DNA from: a virus
DNA: 64,000 bases
IMG/VR virus record: IMGVR_UViG_3300027733_002357
Strand: one strand, 5' to 3'
Shown: one piece after another, positions 37,700-47,090 of the stretch
Position numbering within the stretch: position 1 is the first letter of the stretch
Layout: each line of letters starts with the position of its first letter
Notes under the pieces: model-generated
What the model saw: only the letters and a program-made list of their open reading frames with translations
The model's database searches: none
What the model was told of the DNA's origin: nothing
Made by a program: the position numbers and the translations under genes

Positions 37700-38353
37700 A
37701 TGGGAAAGAACGTGACATCATTTAATCTTTTTGAACAGAACGGATCTTTTAGCTTCGATCAACTTTCAGAAGAGGCTAAGGAGAAAGCTATAGAGAATAT
37801 CAGAGAAGGTATGTACGAAGGAAAATATGGTGCATACGATATAGCAGAATGGGTAGTAGATGATGACTATCTTTTCGAGCCTACACATAAAGAACTAGAG
37901 GAAGTTTTTGGATCTAAATATAACAACGATCTTAAGGATAATCCAATGATAGGTAACACAAGAAAAGAAATATCTTATGTTGCTAAAGATGATAGGAACT
38001 ATTATTTACATTGTGCCAGTGCATTAGATGTAAATCATGAAGAAATGTTTTTTTCGTGGCTTGGATTCTCACTTTTATTTTGGTATGATACATCTTATGA
38101 ATTTTTAGACAAGGGCACATACACCACTATTGAATTCGAATTCCTATCGAACGAAGAAGATTTTACCCCACGTCAGATAGAGCTTTGGGAAAAAGAAGCT
38201 GATGATGCTACTCACAGGTGGGAAACTCATATGAGTCAGGTTCTAGATAGAATAACTGAAAGCATAGAATCTGAATACGAGGATGCAGGAATAGAACAAA
38301 GAATAGAGAGTATGGATATTCTTTTTGACGTGGTGGGAAACCCATTGCGATAA
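37700..38353 (+). CDS. acidic hypothetical protein
   Basis: 217-aa ORF, E/D-rich. Confidence 0.4.
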   Translation: MGKNVTSFNLFEQNGSFSFDQLSEEAKEKAIENIREGMYEGKYGAYDIAEWVVDDDYLFEPTHKELEEVFGSKYNNDLKDNPMIGNTRKEISYVAKDDRNYYLHCASALDVNHEEMFFSWLGFSLLFWYDTSYEFLDKGTYTTIEFEFLSNEEDFTPRQIELWEKEADDATHRWETHMSQVLDRITESIESEYEDAGIEQRIESMDILFDVVGNPLR

Positions 38354-38422
38354 TTTCTCTATAATAATCAATCAATTTATTTATTTTGTTTTAAATTTGG
38401 GAATATTCCACAGGATTGGGTT

Positions 38423-39853
38423 ATGACAAAAATTGCTATTAAAAAATACGAGCCAACTTTTGATCTTTCAGTTTTAAATGATGATCAGAAAAAAGCTTTC
38501 GACCAATTAAGGGATTTTATATACGATGCACAGGATGACAGCATCTATGTTTTAAAAGGATGGGCAGGTACAGGTAAGACTTTCTGTGTGAGCCTTCTAG
38601 TTAAATACGTTCTTGATGTGATTTATCCAACCAAGAATTGGTACAGAGTAGCAGTTACTGGACCAACTAACAAGTCCGTTAGAGTGATAAAAAAGACCAC
38701 GGGAATAAAAAATGTTAGGGTTACTTTCCAAACTATACACAAATTACTAGGTCTAACAGAAAGAATAACTTCTGATGGACAACAGGAGTTTGTAAACCAA
38801 GGAGATTTTGTACCACAGATACAAAAGACTAAACTGCTAATTATTGATGAAGTTTCAATGCTTAATGATGACCTATTCCACGAGATACTTAAATATAGGG
38901 ATAGAGTTAAAATTATATGTATGGGTGATCCTGCTCAGATACCTCCTGTTGGAAAGCCTGATTGTATTCCTTTTAGAGACGAGCTTTCTGAAATGTATGG
39001 TATTAAAACGATAGATCTTAAAACTATAATGAGGCAGAAGGAGGATAACCCTATTATAGAAAAATCTGTTAGAATCAGAACCGATCTAGAAAATCCTTAC
39101 GTTCAAACCGGAACGCAAACTATGGTAAATGATAATGATGAAGGAGTAGAATTTCTAAATCTTAATTCTTCTGATATAAGAAGTACATTCCCTGATATTT
39201 TATCAAAGTATTTTAATAGCGAGGAATTTAAAGATGATCCGGAGTATTCTAAGATCATTGCATGGAGGAATAAGACCGTAGAAAAAATGAATCATGTAGT
39301 GAGAAAAGTTATCTATGGTGAGGAAAACGTTGGTGAAAAAATTCTAATAGGTGAAAAGCTTATAGCAAACAATCCGATCATAGAGATGAATCAGATTCTA
39401 TTTAACACTAACGATGAGTTTACTGTTGATAGATTCGATATTAAATTTTGGAAAACTAGCATAGAGGGGGAAAAATACGAGCTTAAATTCTACGAAACTG
39501 GTGTTAGCTTTATAAACGATGAGGATAAAAGAGTAGTTTATTACATAGACATTCTCCACGAGGACTCAGAATCACTTTTCTATGTACTTGCAAATAGACT
39601 TAAAAAAATAGCAATAGAAAAGAGAGGCAAGGAAAAAACCTGGATTAAGTATTATGATTTTCTAAGAAGATTTGCTGATGTTAGCTATGCCTATGCTATC
39701 ACAGCACACAAATCACAGGGAAGTACATACACTACCGCTTTTGTACTTGAAGATGACATAGATGTTAATCAAAATATAGTGGAAAGAAATAGAATTAAGT
39801 ACACAGCTTACACGAGGTCTAGTAAGAAATTATACGTTCTTAAGAGGTTTTGA
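38423..39853 (+). CDS. SF1B DNA helicase (Dda/RecD/Pif1-like)
   Basis: Walker A 'GWAGTGKTF', Walker B 'LLIIDEVSML', C-terminal 'YAYAITAHKSQGSTY' motif VI. Confidence 0.7.
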   Translation: MTKIAIKKYEPTFDLSVLNDDQKKAFDQLRDFIYDAQDDSIYVLKGWAGTGKTFCVSLLVKYVLDVIYPTKNWYRVAVTGPTNKSVRVIKKTTGIKNVRVTFQTIHKLLGLTERITSDGQQEFVNQGDFVPQIQKTKLLIIDEVSMLNDDLFHEILKYRDRVKIICMGDPAQIPPVGKPDCIPFRDELSEMYGIKTIDLKTIMRQKEDNPIIEKSVRIRTDLENPYVQTGTQTMVNDNDEGVEFLNLNSSDIRSTFPDILSKYFNSEEFKDDPEYSKIIAWRNKTVEKMNHVVRKVIYGEENVGEKILIGEKLIANNPIIEMNQILFNTNDEFTVDRFDIKFWKTSIEGEKYELKFYETGVSFINDEDKRVVYYIDILHEDSESLFYVLANRLKKIAIEKRGKEKTWIKYYDFLRRFADVSYAYAITAHKSQGSTYTTAFVLEDDIDVNQNIVERNRIKYTAYTRSSKKLYVLKRF

Positions 39854-39893
39854 AATATTTCTATTATTTCGGCTATAATATAAAAAGATTAAA

Positions 39894-40175
39894 ATGAGAA
39901 AATATATTGTTTTATTTGTCGCTGCTGCACTTTTGATCCTTAGTGGATGTGCAGATAGTCAAAACGTAAATGAGTGCGTTAGCGGTCACTTATATGGATT
40001 CTGGGGAGGTCTATGGCACGGATTAATAGCTCCTTTTGATTTTATAGGAATGCTTATCTGGGATGATGTCTGTGTATATGCCCCTAACAATAACGGAGCA
40101 TGGTACGCATTTGGATTTGTATTAGGAGTCGGTGGATTTGGATTCGGAACATCTAAAGCTAGTTCAAAAAGATGA
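39894..40175 (+). CDS. small lipoprotein
   Basis: Signal peptide with LSGC lipobox; Gly-rich. Confidence 0.45.
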   Translation: MRKYIVLFVAAALLILSGCADSQNVNECVSGHLYGFWGGLWHGLIAPFDFIGMLIWDDVCVYAPNNNGAWYAFGFVLGVGGFGFGTSKASSKR

Positions 40176-40501
40176 GCAAAGGATTTTATCTGATATTTCT
40201 TTCAGTTGCAACAGCAAGGGAGGTAGGGGTTTTACTTGAATTAGACAGCTTTTTAATAGGGATAGTATATTTATTGTTATTGATATATGTTATATTCACT
40301 TATTTGTCTGGTAGAATTCCGGAATTTGTTTGGACTAAGGGATTAAGTATAATAGGTATAACATCATTGGTTTCATTAGTATTAATGGCAATTGGTGGTT
40401 ACACTATAATTTCTCAAAAAATAGAGGCTTGTATATTTTTATATGCGTGGTTTAAATCTTTGAGATATATGGCAGAATGGGAAAATAAAAATTTAGAATA
40501 A
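40172..40501 (+). CDS. membrane protein (3 TM)
   Basis: Hydrophobic helices; overlapping start. Confidence 0.4.
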   Translation: MSKGFYLIFLSVATAREVGVLLELDSFLIGIVYLLLLIYVIFTYLSGRIPEFVWTKGLSIIGITSLVSLVLMAIGGYTIISQKIEACIFLYAWFKSLRYMAEWENKNLE

Positions 40502-40935
40502 TGAAAACATCAGAAAAGTATAAACATATAGGATATTCATATCCAGGTGTTCCTAAAGGATGGCAGCATGTAGTTGAAAAAGCAATAGAGGATATCGAAA
40601 AAGCCATGTGGCCTAGTTGGATCCCTATGTTTATTAAGCGTAAAATACACTATTTAGCTACCGGAAATTCTGTTGTAGGGGTTAAGTATAGATTTTGGTA
40701 TAAAGTGCGTAAGAATCTAACTAAAGGACAGATAATAACCGATATTAAAGACAAATTTGCTGGACTTAGAATCTATGGATATTTTGGAAATGAGATAGAA
40801 GAAATAATAAAGAGAGCAGAGGATGAATGCTACAGAACCTGCGAAAGATGTGGAGGAAACCAAAACGTGAGAACTATAGGAAAGGGATGGCTTTATAATC
40901 TATGTAAGAATTGCAGATACAACAAAAATAAATAG
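40501..40935 (+). CDS. zinc-ribbon (CxxC...CxxC) protein
   Basis: 'CERCGGN...CKNC' near the C-terminus. Confidence 0.4.
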   Translation: MKTSEKYKHIGYSYPGVPKGWQHVVEKAIEDIEKAMWPSWIPMFIKRKIHYLATGNSVVGVKYRFWYKVRKNLTKGQIITDIKDKFAGLRIYGYFGNEIEEIIKRAEDECYRTCERCGGNQNVRTIGKGWLYNLCKNCRYNKNK

Positions 40936-40972
40936 AATCATTTTTTTTGTTGGCCTTTTAAAATTAAATTTA
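40936..40972 (+). promoter_or_regulatory. promoter variant (GAATCA-T8, 16 nt, TAAATTTA) before a GTG start
   Basis: Sequence pattern; -7 box 4 nt from the start codon. Confidence 0.4.
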
Positions 40973-40976
40973 TAGT

Positions 40977-41798
40977 GTGAAGAAGATATTAACCATAGGG
41001 GATGTACATGGTCGTGATAGATGGATGTTCCATACTCACGGAAGCCCGTACGAATTTAATCATTGGATGACAATGGTTGAAAGTGGAGTTCCTGCAGATG
41101 CACAAGATTTTTGGAATGAGATGCCTTATACCAAATACGATCAGATAGTATTCGTTGGTGATTATGTTGATAGTTTCGATATTAACAATGTGATAATCCT
41201 AGATAATCTTAAAAAAATACTTTTCTTTAAAAAAGCATTACCGGATAAAGTTGTACTTCTACTTGGAAATCACGATATACAATATTTTGTTCCTAACGAA
41301 GTGTGTAGCGGATATAGAGGGGAAATGAGACCCGATCTATATCAGATATTCACAGAGAATAAGGAATGCTTTAAAGTTGCTCATTTAATTAAGGATAATA
41401 CTGGGATTAAGTATCTGTGGACTCACGCAGGAGTTACTGACAGATGGCTAAAAGACACACGTAAAGACATTTATAATCCAAGATGTAGACACTACGAAAT
41501 AACTAAGGATTTTAATACTGACGATTTAGAAAAATTTCTAAATGATCTATTTGAGCTTAGAGTAGATAACATATTTAATGTCGATGCGCACAGCGGGGGA
41601 TTTAGCTTGTGGGCAGGACCTTTTTGGGTTAGGCCTATGATCTTAAATGAATTTCCTTTAGAAGGAGTTAATCAGATAGTTGGACACACTCCTCAGAAAA
41701 TGGTAAAAGATATCATCTGTGGTGATGTCACTCATTATTTAGTAGATTGTCTCTGGGGCGATTGCGACGATGTTTTAATATTAGATATTGAAGTATGA
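40977..41798 (+). CDS. PPP-family Ser/Thr protein phosphatase (lambda-phosphatase-like)
   Basis: 'GDVHGR', 'GDYVDSF', 'GNHD' metallophosphatase motifs; GTG start. Confidence 0.55.
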   Translation: MKKILTIGDVHGRDRWMFHTHGSPYEFNHWMTMVESGVPADAQDFWNEMPYTKYDQIVFVGDYVDSFDINNVIILDNLKKILFFKKALPDKVVLLLGNHDIQYFVPNEVCSGYRGEMRPDLYQIFTENKECFKVAHLIKDNTGIKYLWTHAGVTDRWLKDTRKDIYNPRCRHYEITKDFNTDDLEKFLNDLFELRVDNIFNVDAHSGGFSLWAGPFWVRPMILNEFPLEGVNQIVGHTPQKMVKDIICGDVTHYLVDCLWGDCDDVLILDIEV

Positions 41799-42118
41799 TA
41801 AAAAAATTTAGATTTAATAAAGAGGAAAATAATAGATGGTTTGTAGATCTTCCTGAATGGGAGGGAGAAAAAGACGATCTTGAAATGGTTCTAGGAGCGG
41901 ATTTACTTTTGGATATCTTATCCGGAAATTCCGATTATTGTTACGTTACATTGGGTGATGAACCATTTGAAGGATGTAACACATTAACTTATGATCATAA
42001 TGAATTTACCACGGGATATTATAACAATGATGCATGGCACGGGCCTTCTACTATTTGGCTTTGTTATGTTACTGAATTTGTCTTTGGAAGATATCCAGAG
42101 AAGATTTATTTCTCGTAG
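41795..42118 (+). CDS. hypothetical protein
   Basis: 107-aa ORF. Confidence 0.35.
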   Translation: MIKKFRFNKEENNRWFVDLPEWEGEKDDLEMVLGADLLLDILSGNSDYCYVTLGDEPFEGCNTLTYDHNEFTTGYYNNDAWHGPSTIWLCYVTEFVFGRYPEKIYFS

Positions 42119-42558
42119 TATTCTATCATCTTCACAGCATTTGATACTAGCCAAGGATCTACTCCAGGTATTTTCATTAGAAAATTAAGCTCGTATTTGT
42201 AGCAAAGAGCCTCTTCCTTATTGGGATCTAGTTTAGCATAAAGCTGCTTGATATAAAGGTGCATTGATTCATGCACCAGAATAGCTGCAATGTTGTAGAT
42301 GTTAGGATTCTTTATATCATTAACTGCTATGGTTATCATCGAATCACCTTCAGTTGTGGAAAATCCCCCGTTCCAATATCCTACGTTCTGACAAGTTTCT
42401 AATAGAACATCATATTTTTCCGGATCATATTTTTGAATGATTGATATTGCGCTATCTACTTTATTCTTCCACCCGTCACCAACATCTGCTATTTTAATCT
42501 GGCCAAATGAATAGGTTAATGAGAAATAGAATAATAGTGATAGCCCTATATTTTTCAT
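42106..42558 (-). CDS. secreted HExxH (zinc-metallopeptidase-like) protein
   Basis: Signal peptide; 'ILVHESMHLY' HExxH motif. Confidence 0.4.
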   Translation of the reverse strand: MKNIGLSLLFYFSLTYSFGQIKIADVGDGWKNKVDSAISIIQKYDPEKYDVLLETCQNVGYWNGGFSTTEGDSMITIAVNDIKNPNIYNIAAILVHESMHLYIKQLYAKLDPNKEEALCYKYELNFLMKIPGVDPWLVSNAVKMIEYYEK

Positions 42559-43007
42559 AGTTTTATTGCTGCTTCGTGAATTGCTTTTTTAAGAGCTGAA
42601 GATACAGTCATTTTTTCGAAAGGAATTGATCCTTCCTGGACCTCGATCATAATAGCTCTTATTTCAGTATCTGATTCACCTATTCCTTCGTACTTATTAC
42701 CTTTATAGTGCAACCTAACACCTACTTGGGTTATAGTGTTAGTCTTTTCTATACCAACAACTCTTATAGTTGTTTTAGGTAATCCGAAGTAATAAATCTC
42801 AACACCGACAGGAGATCCGTCATTGGAGAGACAGAATTTTTGTGATAGCTCCTCTTCTACTATTTGTTTTATACCGAATCTTATATCTCTAGATCCTAAT
42901 TCTCTAAGTTTTGCTGTAACGTAAACAGTGTCTACTTTTACACAATCCTGTGCTTGTGCTGTTATACCAAATAGTATAAGTCCAAAAAATATGATAAATC
43001 TTTTCAT
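42555..43007 (-). CDS. secreted hypothetical protein (candidate nuclease inhibitor)
   Basis: Signal peptide (..ITAQAQD); sits directly downstream of the secreted nuclease with an ATGA-type overlap. Confidence 0.35.
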   Translation of the reverse strand: MKRFIIFFGLILFGITAQAQDCVKVDTVYVTAKLRELGSRDIRFGIKQIVEEELSQKFCLSNDGSPVGVEIYYFGLPKTTIRVVGIEKTNTITQVGVRLHYKGNKYEGIGESDTEIRAIMIEVQEGSIPFEKMTVSSALKKAIHEAAIKL

Positions 43008-43597
43008 TATTTAATAATATATTTAGTGTAGTCAGTCGATGCTGGTTTTTCGTTTTTGAAATAATATTTTTCAACCTTATTTCCGTATTTTATAGTTTTA
43101 ATATATCCATCCGGTATAGTTGCACCTGTTGGTAATACCACAGATTTACCTGAGAAAATACATCTAATTTCAACAGTAACAACTTTATTTATTGATGCTA
43201 ATTCTCTTTCTCTAACCTCAAGTAATCTCCAAGTTGTTCTATTTAGATTTTCTTGTTGTAACGAACAGTTCAAATATGTGAATGTCTTATATAAAGATTC
43301 TTTAGTGCAATTAAAGTCTGCTGCTGGAGCTAAATGTCCTTTATCGTAAGGGTTATTTTCATAATCTTTATTGTCTGAAGTTAATATCGAATCACAAACA
43401 TAAAAATCCATTCCAGTCCTTGGAACAGTTCCATTTGGGCATTGTACCGTGTATCTAATAAATTTAGGCTGTTGTAATTTTTCAGAGTATACGATTTCAA
43501 ACATATTAGTTTTAACGTAGATTGAATCCCTTAGATTTTTTTGTGATAAACTAAGTAATGGTAGTGTTATTAATAGGGATAGTAATATATTTTTCAT
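43007..43597 (-). CDS. secreted DNA/RNA non-specific endonuclease (NucA/Serratia nuclease family)
   Basis: Signal peptide; 'DKGHLAPAADF' aligns with the DRGH catalytic motif; the downstream 'ESLYKTFTYLNCSLQQENLNRTTWRLLEVRERELA' segment aligns with the Serratia nuclease metal-ligand region. Confidence 0.65.
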   Translation of the reverse strand: MKNILLSLLITLPLLSLSQKNLRDSIYVKTNMFEIVYSEKLQQPKFIRYTVQCPNGTVPRTGMDFYVCDSILTSDNKDYENNPYDKGHLAPAADFNCTKESLYKTFTYLNCSLQQENLNRTTWRLLEVRERELASINKVVTVEIRCIFSGKSVVLPTGATIPDGYIKTIKYGNKVEKYYFKNEKPASTDYTKYIIK

Positions 43598-45306
43598 TAG
43601 TCTGATTTTCCTGTTTTTATTATATAAAATACCGAAGACCCACCGGCTGTCGGATTAGTTAATGCTATACTTTGTGATCCTGGATATGTAGGTACTAGAT
43701 TAGCAACTGCTGAATTTATTAATGTCCATTCCTGCTGTGTCAGAATCCTATAGTTAGGTACTCCAGATGGCCAAGAATTACCATTGATTTTTTTGTATAT
43801 CAAGTATATATCTGAAATTGTCATTGCTGAATTGACGTTTGCATCCATTCTATAGTAATCAATCGGAACGAAATTCTTATTTAGAACCTTATTTGTAAAG
43901 AATGTTATATCTTGACTATTTGGTTGATTGATAGTTAAATTGTCGATAACAACCTGAAAATCATAAACTGCAATATCTAATGAGGTTGTGATAGAAAAAA
44001 CACCAGATGAGTTAGTTGTATAAGTTTGAAATAAAGTATACGATCCTGAAGCTTTTGGTTTATAGAGCAATTTAACTGATATGCCTTGAACAGCGACAGC
44101 TTTAGAGTTGTATATAGTTCCTGAATAAGTAAATGGAATAGGATAATTTACAGTGGCAACTACAGCAGTTCTACTAGAACTAACACACCCACTAGTTGTG
44201 TTTCTCGCTTGAGCATAATAGGTTGTTGCGCTTGAAATACTAGGTGTAGTATAAGTAGTAACGCCTAATCCTCCCGATAAAACATTTCCTCCTATAGAAT
44301 TAGCATACCAATCAACAGTAGATCCTGAGGGTGGTGTTGCGGATAAAGATACCGTTCCTGCTAGCATTCTGCTTCCATTAACTCCGGTAGGAGCAGCTGG
44401 TGCATTTGCAGCAGTACACGATATTTGGTGTGTAACAAATCCTGTAAAGAAATCTGTAAAAGTTTGATTTGCAGGATCGGTCCATGTACCGTACTCGATA
44501 ACATAAGCGCAATTGTAATTGTTTGGTAAATCGTTCCATTGGGATCCGTTCCACTTTGTAACAGCATAATGTTCACCTCCAGAATTATTAGGTTCCCCAG
44601 CTGCCCAGTTATTATATTGCCCTGCTATGTTACCTGCCGTTTGACCGTTTGCAGTTTTAATTAATGTTCCGTTTTCCGGACCAGCGTCTATTCTCCAATA
44701 ACCTTCTTGAGCAACATCCGAGAGTGCAAACCATATGTTTGTTTGAGGTACGTTATTGTATATAAACAAATCCTCGTCCGAAGATGTTATAGTAACTAAG
44801 TAACCTGCTTGTCCTTTAAATGCTGTAGCTGCAGCGGCTGTTTTAGCAGCATTATAAAAAGCAGTAGTTGCTATTGGCCTATAAAAATGCCCATTTGACG
44901 GAAGATAAAAGTATCCAACAGGATTCTCTGTAGCAGTTACTGCAATATAGACATTACCTGGGGCTGATCCTGTATTTAATCTTAGCGAACCCAACACTGT
45001 ATTAACATTAGCTAATGTTCCTGTAAAACTTATTCTTGTAAAGTTTGATGCAAGTGCGTATCCCGTGCTAGCAGTTACCCCTGTAGTTGTATTTAGCCTT
45101 AATGTTGTTCCTGATGGGGGATTAACCAATCCTATTGTGATTAGTAGAGTTGAAGAGGTATTAAATCCAGTTACCGAGAATCCACTTACAATTTGGTTAG
45201 ATGTATTTTGCGGGTATGATGATGCACTTGGTGCCACAACACTCTGTGCACTTAAAGAAGTCCAGGTGAATAATATTATTGCCCAATTACAAATCTTGTA
45301 CCACAT
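43597..45306 (-). CDS. secreted C-type lectin domain protein (EPN/WND motifs) with beta-sandwich flanks
   Basis: Signal peptide after an internal Met; CTLD signature 'WFALSDVAQEGYWRIDAG...NNWAAGEPNNSGGEHYAVTKWNGSQWNDLPNNYNCAYVIEY'. Confidence 0.6.
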   Translation of the reverse strand: MWYKICNWAIILFTWTSLSAQSVVAPSASSYPQNTSNQIVSGFSVTGFNTSSTLLITIGLVNPPSGTTLRLNTTTGVTASTGYALASNFTRISFTGTLANVNTVLGSLRLNTGSAPGNVYIAVTATENPVGYFYLPSNGHFYRPIATTAFYNAAKTAAAATAFKGQAGYLVTITSSDEDLFIYNNVPQTNIWFALSDVAQEGYWRIDAGPENGTLIKTANGQTAGNIAGQYNNWAAGEPNNSGGEHYAVTKWNGSQWNDLPNNYNCAYVIEYGTWTDPANQTFTDFFTGFVTHQISCTAANAPAAPTGVNGSRMLAGTVSLSATPPSGSTVDWYANSIGGNVLSGGLGVTTYTTPSISSATTYYAQARNTTSGCVSSSRTAVVATVNYPIPFTYSGTIYNSKAVAVQGISVKLLYKPKASGSYTLFQTYTTNSSGVFSITTSLDIAVYDFQVVIDNLTINQPNSQDITFFTNKVLNKNFVPIDYYRMDANVNSAMTISDIYLIYKKINGNSWPSGVPNYRILTQQEWTLINSAVANLVPTYPGSQSIALTNPTAGGSSVFYIIKTGKSD

Positions 45307-47090
45307 GTTATAGTATAATTTAAAGCACTTGTTTTCAAATCCCAAGCTCCTCCGCCATTTATGTTAAATTTAAATTTCTTTGATATTTTAATATTTGTAC
45401 CTATGCTAGGAAGCATCACGTATGGTGATTTCAAAACAACATCATTATAATAACTCACATAAGGAGCATAAACAAATAGGTTCATTAATTTTATATCAAA
45501 TCTTTTACCAACTCTAAAATCGTACATAGCTCCTACAATTAATGCAGTACCTAAAAATGATTCTCTATATACGCTTCCGTAAGAAACAGTACCCATGTAT
45601 AACAATTTAAGATTTTTAGGCTTTTTTAAATTAAACATCTGCCCAGCTGCAAATGTTCCGTATAGAGATTTATTACCTTCAAAACCTATTGTTAAAGTAC
45701 CTGAGGCCAATATTATAGATTTAGGTCTAATCCAAGCATAAAATGCTGTTATGTTAGGTCCTTTTAATGCTGATGTGTAATCTACAAGAGCACCATAGCT
45801 TCTTTTTCCGTCCCATCTCATTGATGTATATCCTCCTGTTGCTTTAGCACCAGTTCTAACCTCGGAGTTCTTAAAATTAAATCCTATAAAATCAGCACTT
45901 CCAACAACAGTTGGTTTTCCACCTTCCTTGCTAGTTGGGGTTGATTTAATTGTAGTAGAAGCACCTCCTGTTATATTTGTTTTGCCTTGTCCTTGTTCAG
46001 ATTGCGTGTTTGTCTGTCCTTGTTCTGTTTGCCCGTTAGAATTATTATTCCCTGAACCATTCCCACTATTCCCAGTGTTACCATTATTCCCATTGGAACC
46101 ATTATTACCAGATTCTCCATTTCCTGTTGATTGATTATTTGTTTGTTCACCTGTCCCTTGACTTCCAGGCTGCGTACTTGATTGACCGTTAGATTGTGAT
46201 CCCTGTTGTGTAGTACTATTTCCTGTGGTTTGTGCTGTTCCGGAGGTACCCCCACCGTTAGTATTTCCTGTACCGTTTTGCGTATTATTTCCTGACGCTG
46301 TTCCGGTAGTTCCGTTGGATGATTCATTAGATGTTCCAGTAGTTCCCGTGGATGCTCCAGTAGTTCCTGCAGATGATCCATTAGATGTCACAGTAGTTCC
46401 ATTGGTTGTTCCAGTAGCTCCAGTGGATGCTCCAGTATTATTGTTTACCGGCGTGACCACCTGTGTATTTCCGTTCGTATTTGATACGCTAGGAGATGAA
46501 CTTTCTCCACCCCCTTGTGTAGATCCACCTGCATTTCCTTGATTAGACCCCGAGTTTTCTTGTCCCTGCGAGCTATTCTGATTTGATCCAGAATTGGTTG
46601 AATTTCCTTGGCTATTGTTATTAGATCCTTCCCCGTTGTTTTGACTGTTACCTTTATTCTTCTTAGATCCCTCACTGTTTCCCGAATTAGATACAGAGCT
46701 TACTGCTCCCCCTAATATATTTGTAGATCCTGCAATATCTGATATTGTCGATAATGAATTTAATATTCCTATTACATTTAATGCAGTACTTTGTGTTATG
46801 TTTACTGCTGTTCCTAATCCTACAATCTCTGAACATGGACTATTCGTACCATATTGCGAAAATATGTTACTTGCCCAAGACTCAAATACGCCATTATTAA
46901 AATCGTTATAGCTAAATGACCCAATTTCCCCATAATATCCCACAGTGACGTTTCCGTTGATTGGAACTATAATTGTTTTATCATTACCTGTACATGGATC
47001 TGTATAGGTATAGTTGTAAGTCTGAGCGCTTATTTTATAAGAACCAAACAGACAAACAAATAGGAGTAATATAATAGCATCAAGTCTCAA
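45276..47090 (-). CDS. secreted Q/N/G/S/T-rich protein with C-terminal predicted beta-barrel domain
   Basis: Signal peptide; ~300-aa low-complexity region (GNSQNNGEGSNNNSQGNSTNSGSNQNSSQG...); C-terminal ~200 aa with alternating hydrophobic pattern. Confidence 0.45.
   Translation of the reverse strand: MRLDAIILLLFVCLFGSYKISAQTYNYTYTDPCTGNDKTIIVPINGNVTVGYYGEIGSFSYNDFNNGVFESWASNIFSQYGTNSPCSEIVGLGTAVNITQSTALNVIGILNSLSTISDIAGSTNILGGAVSSVSNSGNSEGSKKNKGNSQNNGEGSNNNSQGNSTNSGSNQNSSQGQENSGSNQGNAGGSTQGGGESSSPSVSNTNGNTQVVTPVNNNTGASTGATGTTNGTTVTSNGSSAGTTGASTGTTGTSNESSNGTTGTASGNNTQNGTGNTNGGGTSGTAQTTGNSTTQQGSQSNGQSSTQPGSQGTGEQTNNQSTGNGESGNNGSNGNNGNTGNSGNGSGNNNSNGQTEQGQTNTQSEQGQGKTNITGGASTTIKSTPTSKEGGKPTVVGSADFIGFNFKNSEVRTGAKATGGYTSMRWDGKRSYGALVDYTSALKGPNITAFYAWIRPKSIILASGTLTIGFEGNKSLYGTFAAGQMFNLKKPKNLKLLYMGTVSYGSVYRESFLGTALIVGAMYDFRVGKRFDIKLMNLFVYAPYVSYYNDVVLKSPYVMLPSIGTNIKISKKFKFNINGGGAWDLKTSALNYTITCGTRFVIGQ

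Noticed and set aside
45928-46675. ORFs 45928..46134, 45971..46381, 46225..46542, 46445..46675 (both strands) within 45276..47090
   Set aside because: All lie inside the Q/N/G/S low-complexity region of the larger gene. Repeats keep alternative frames open.
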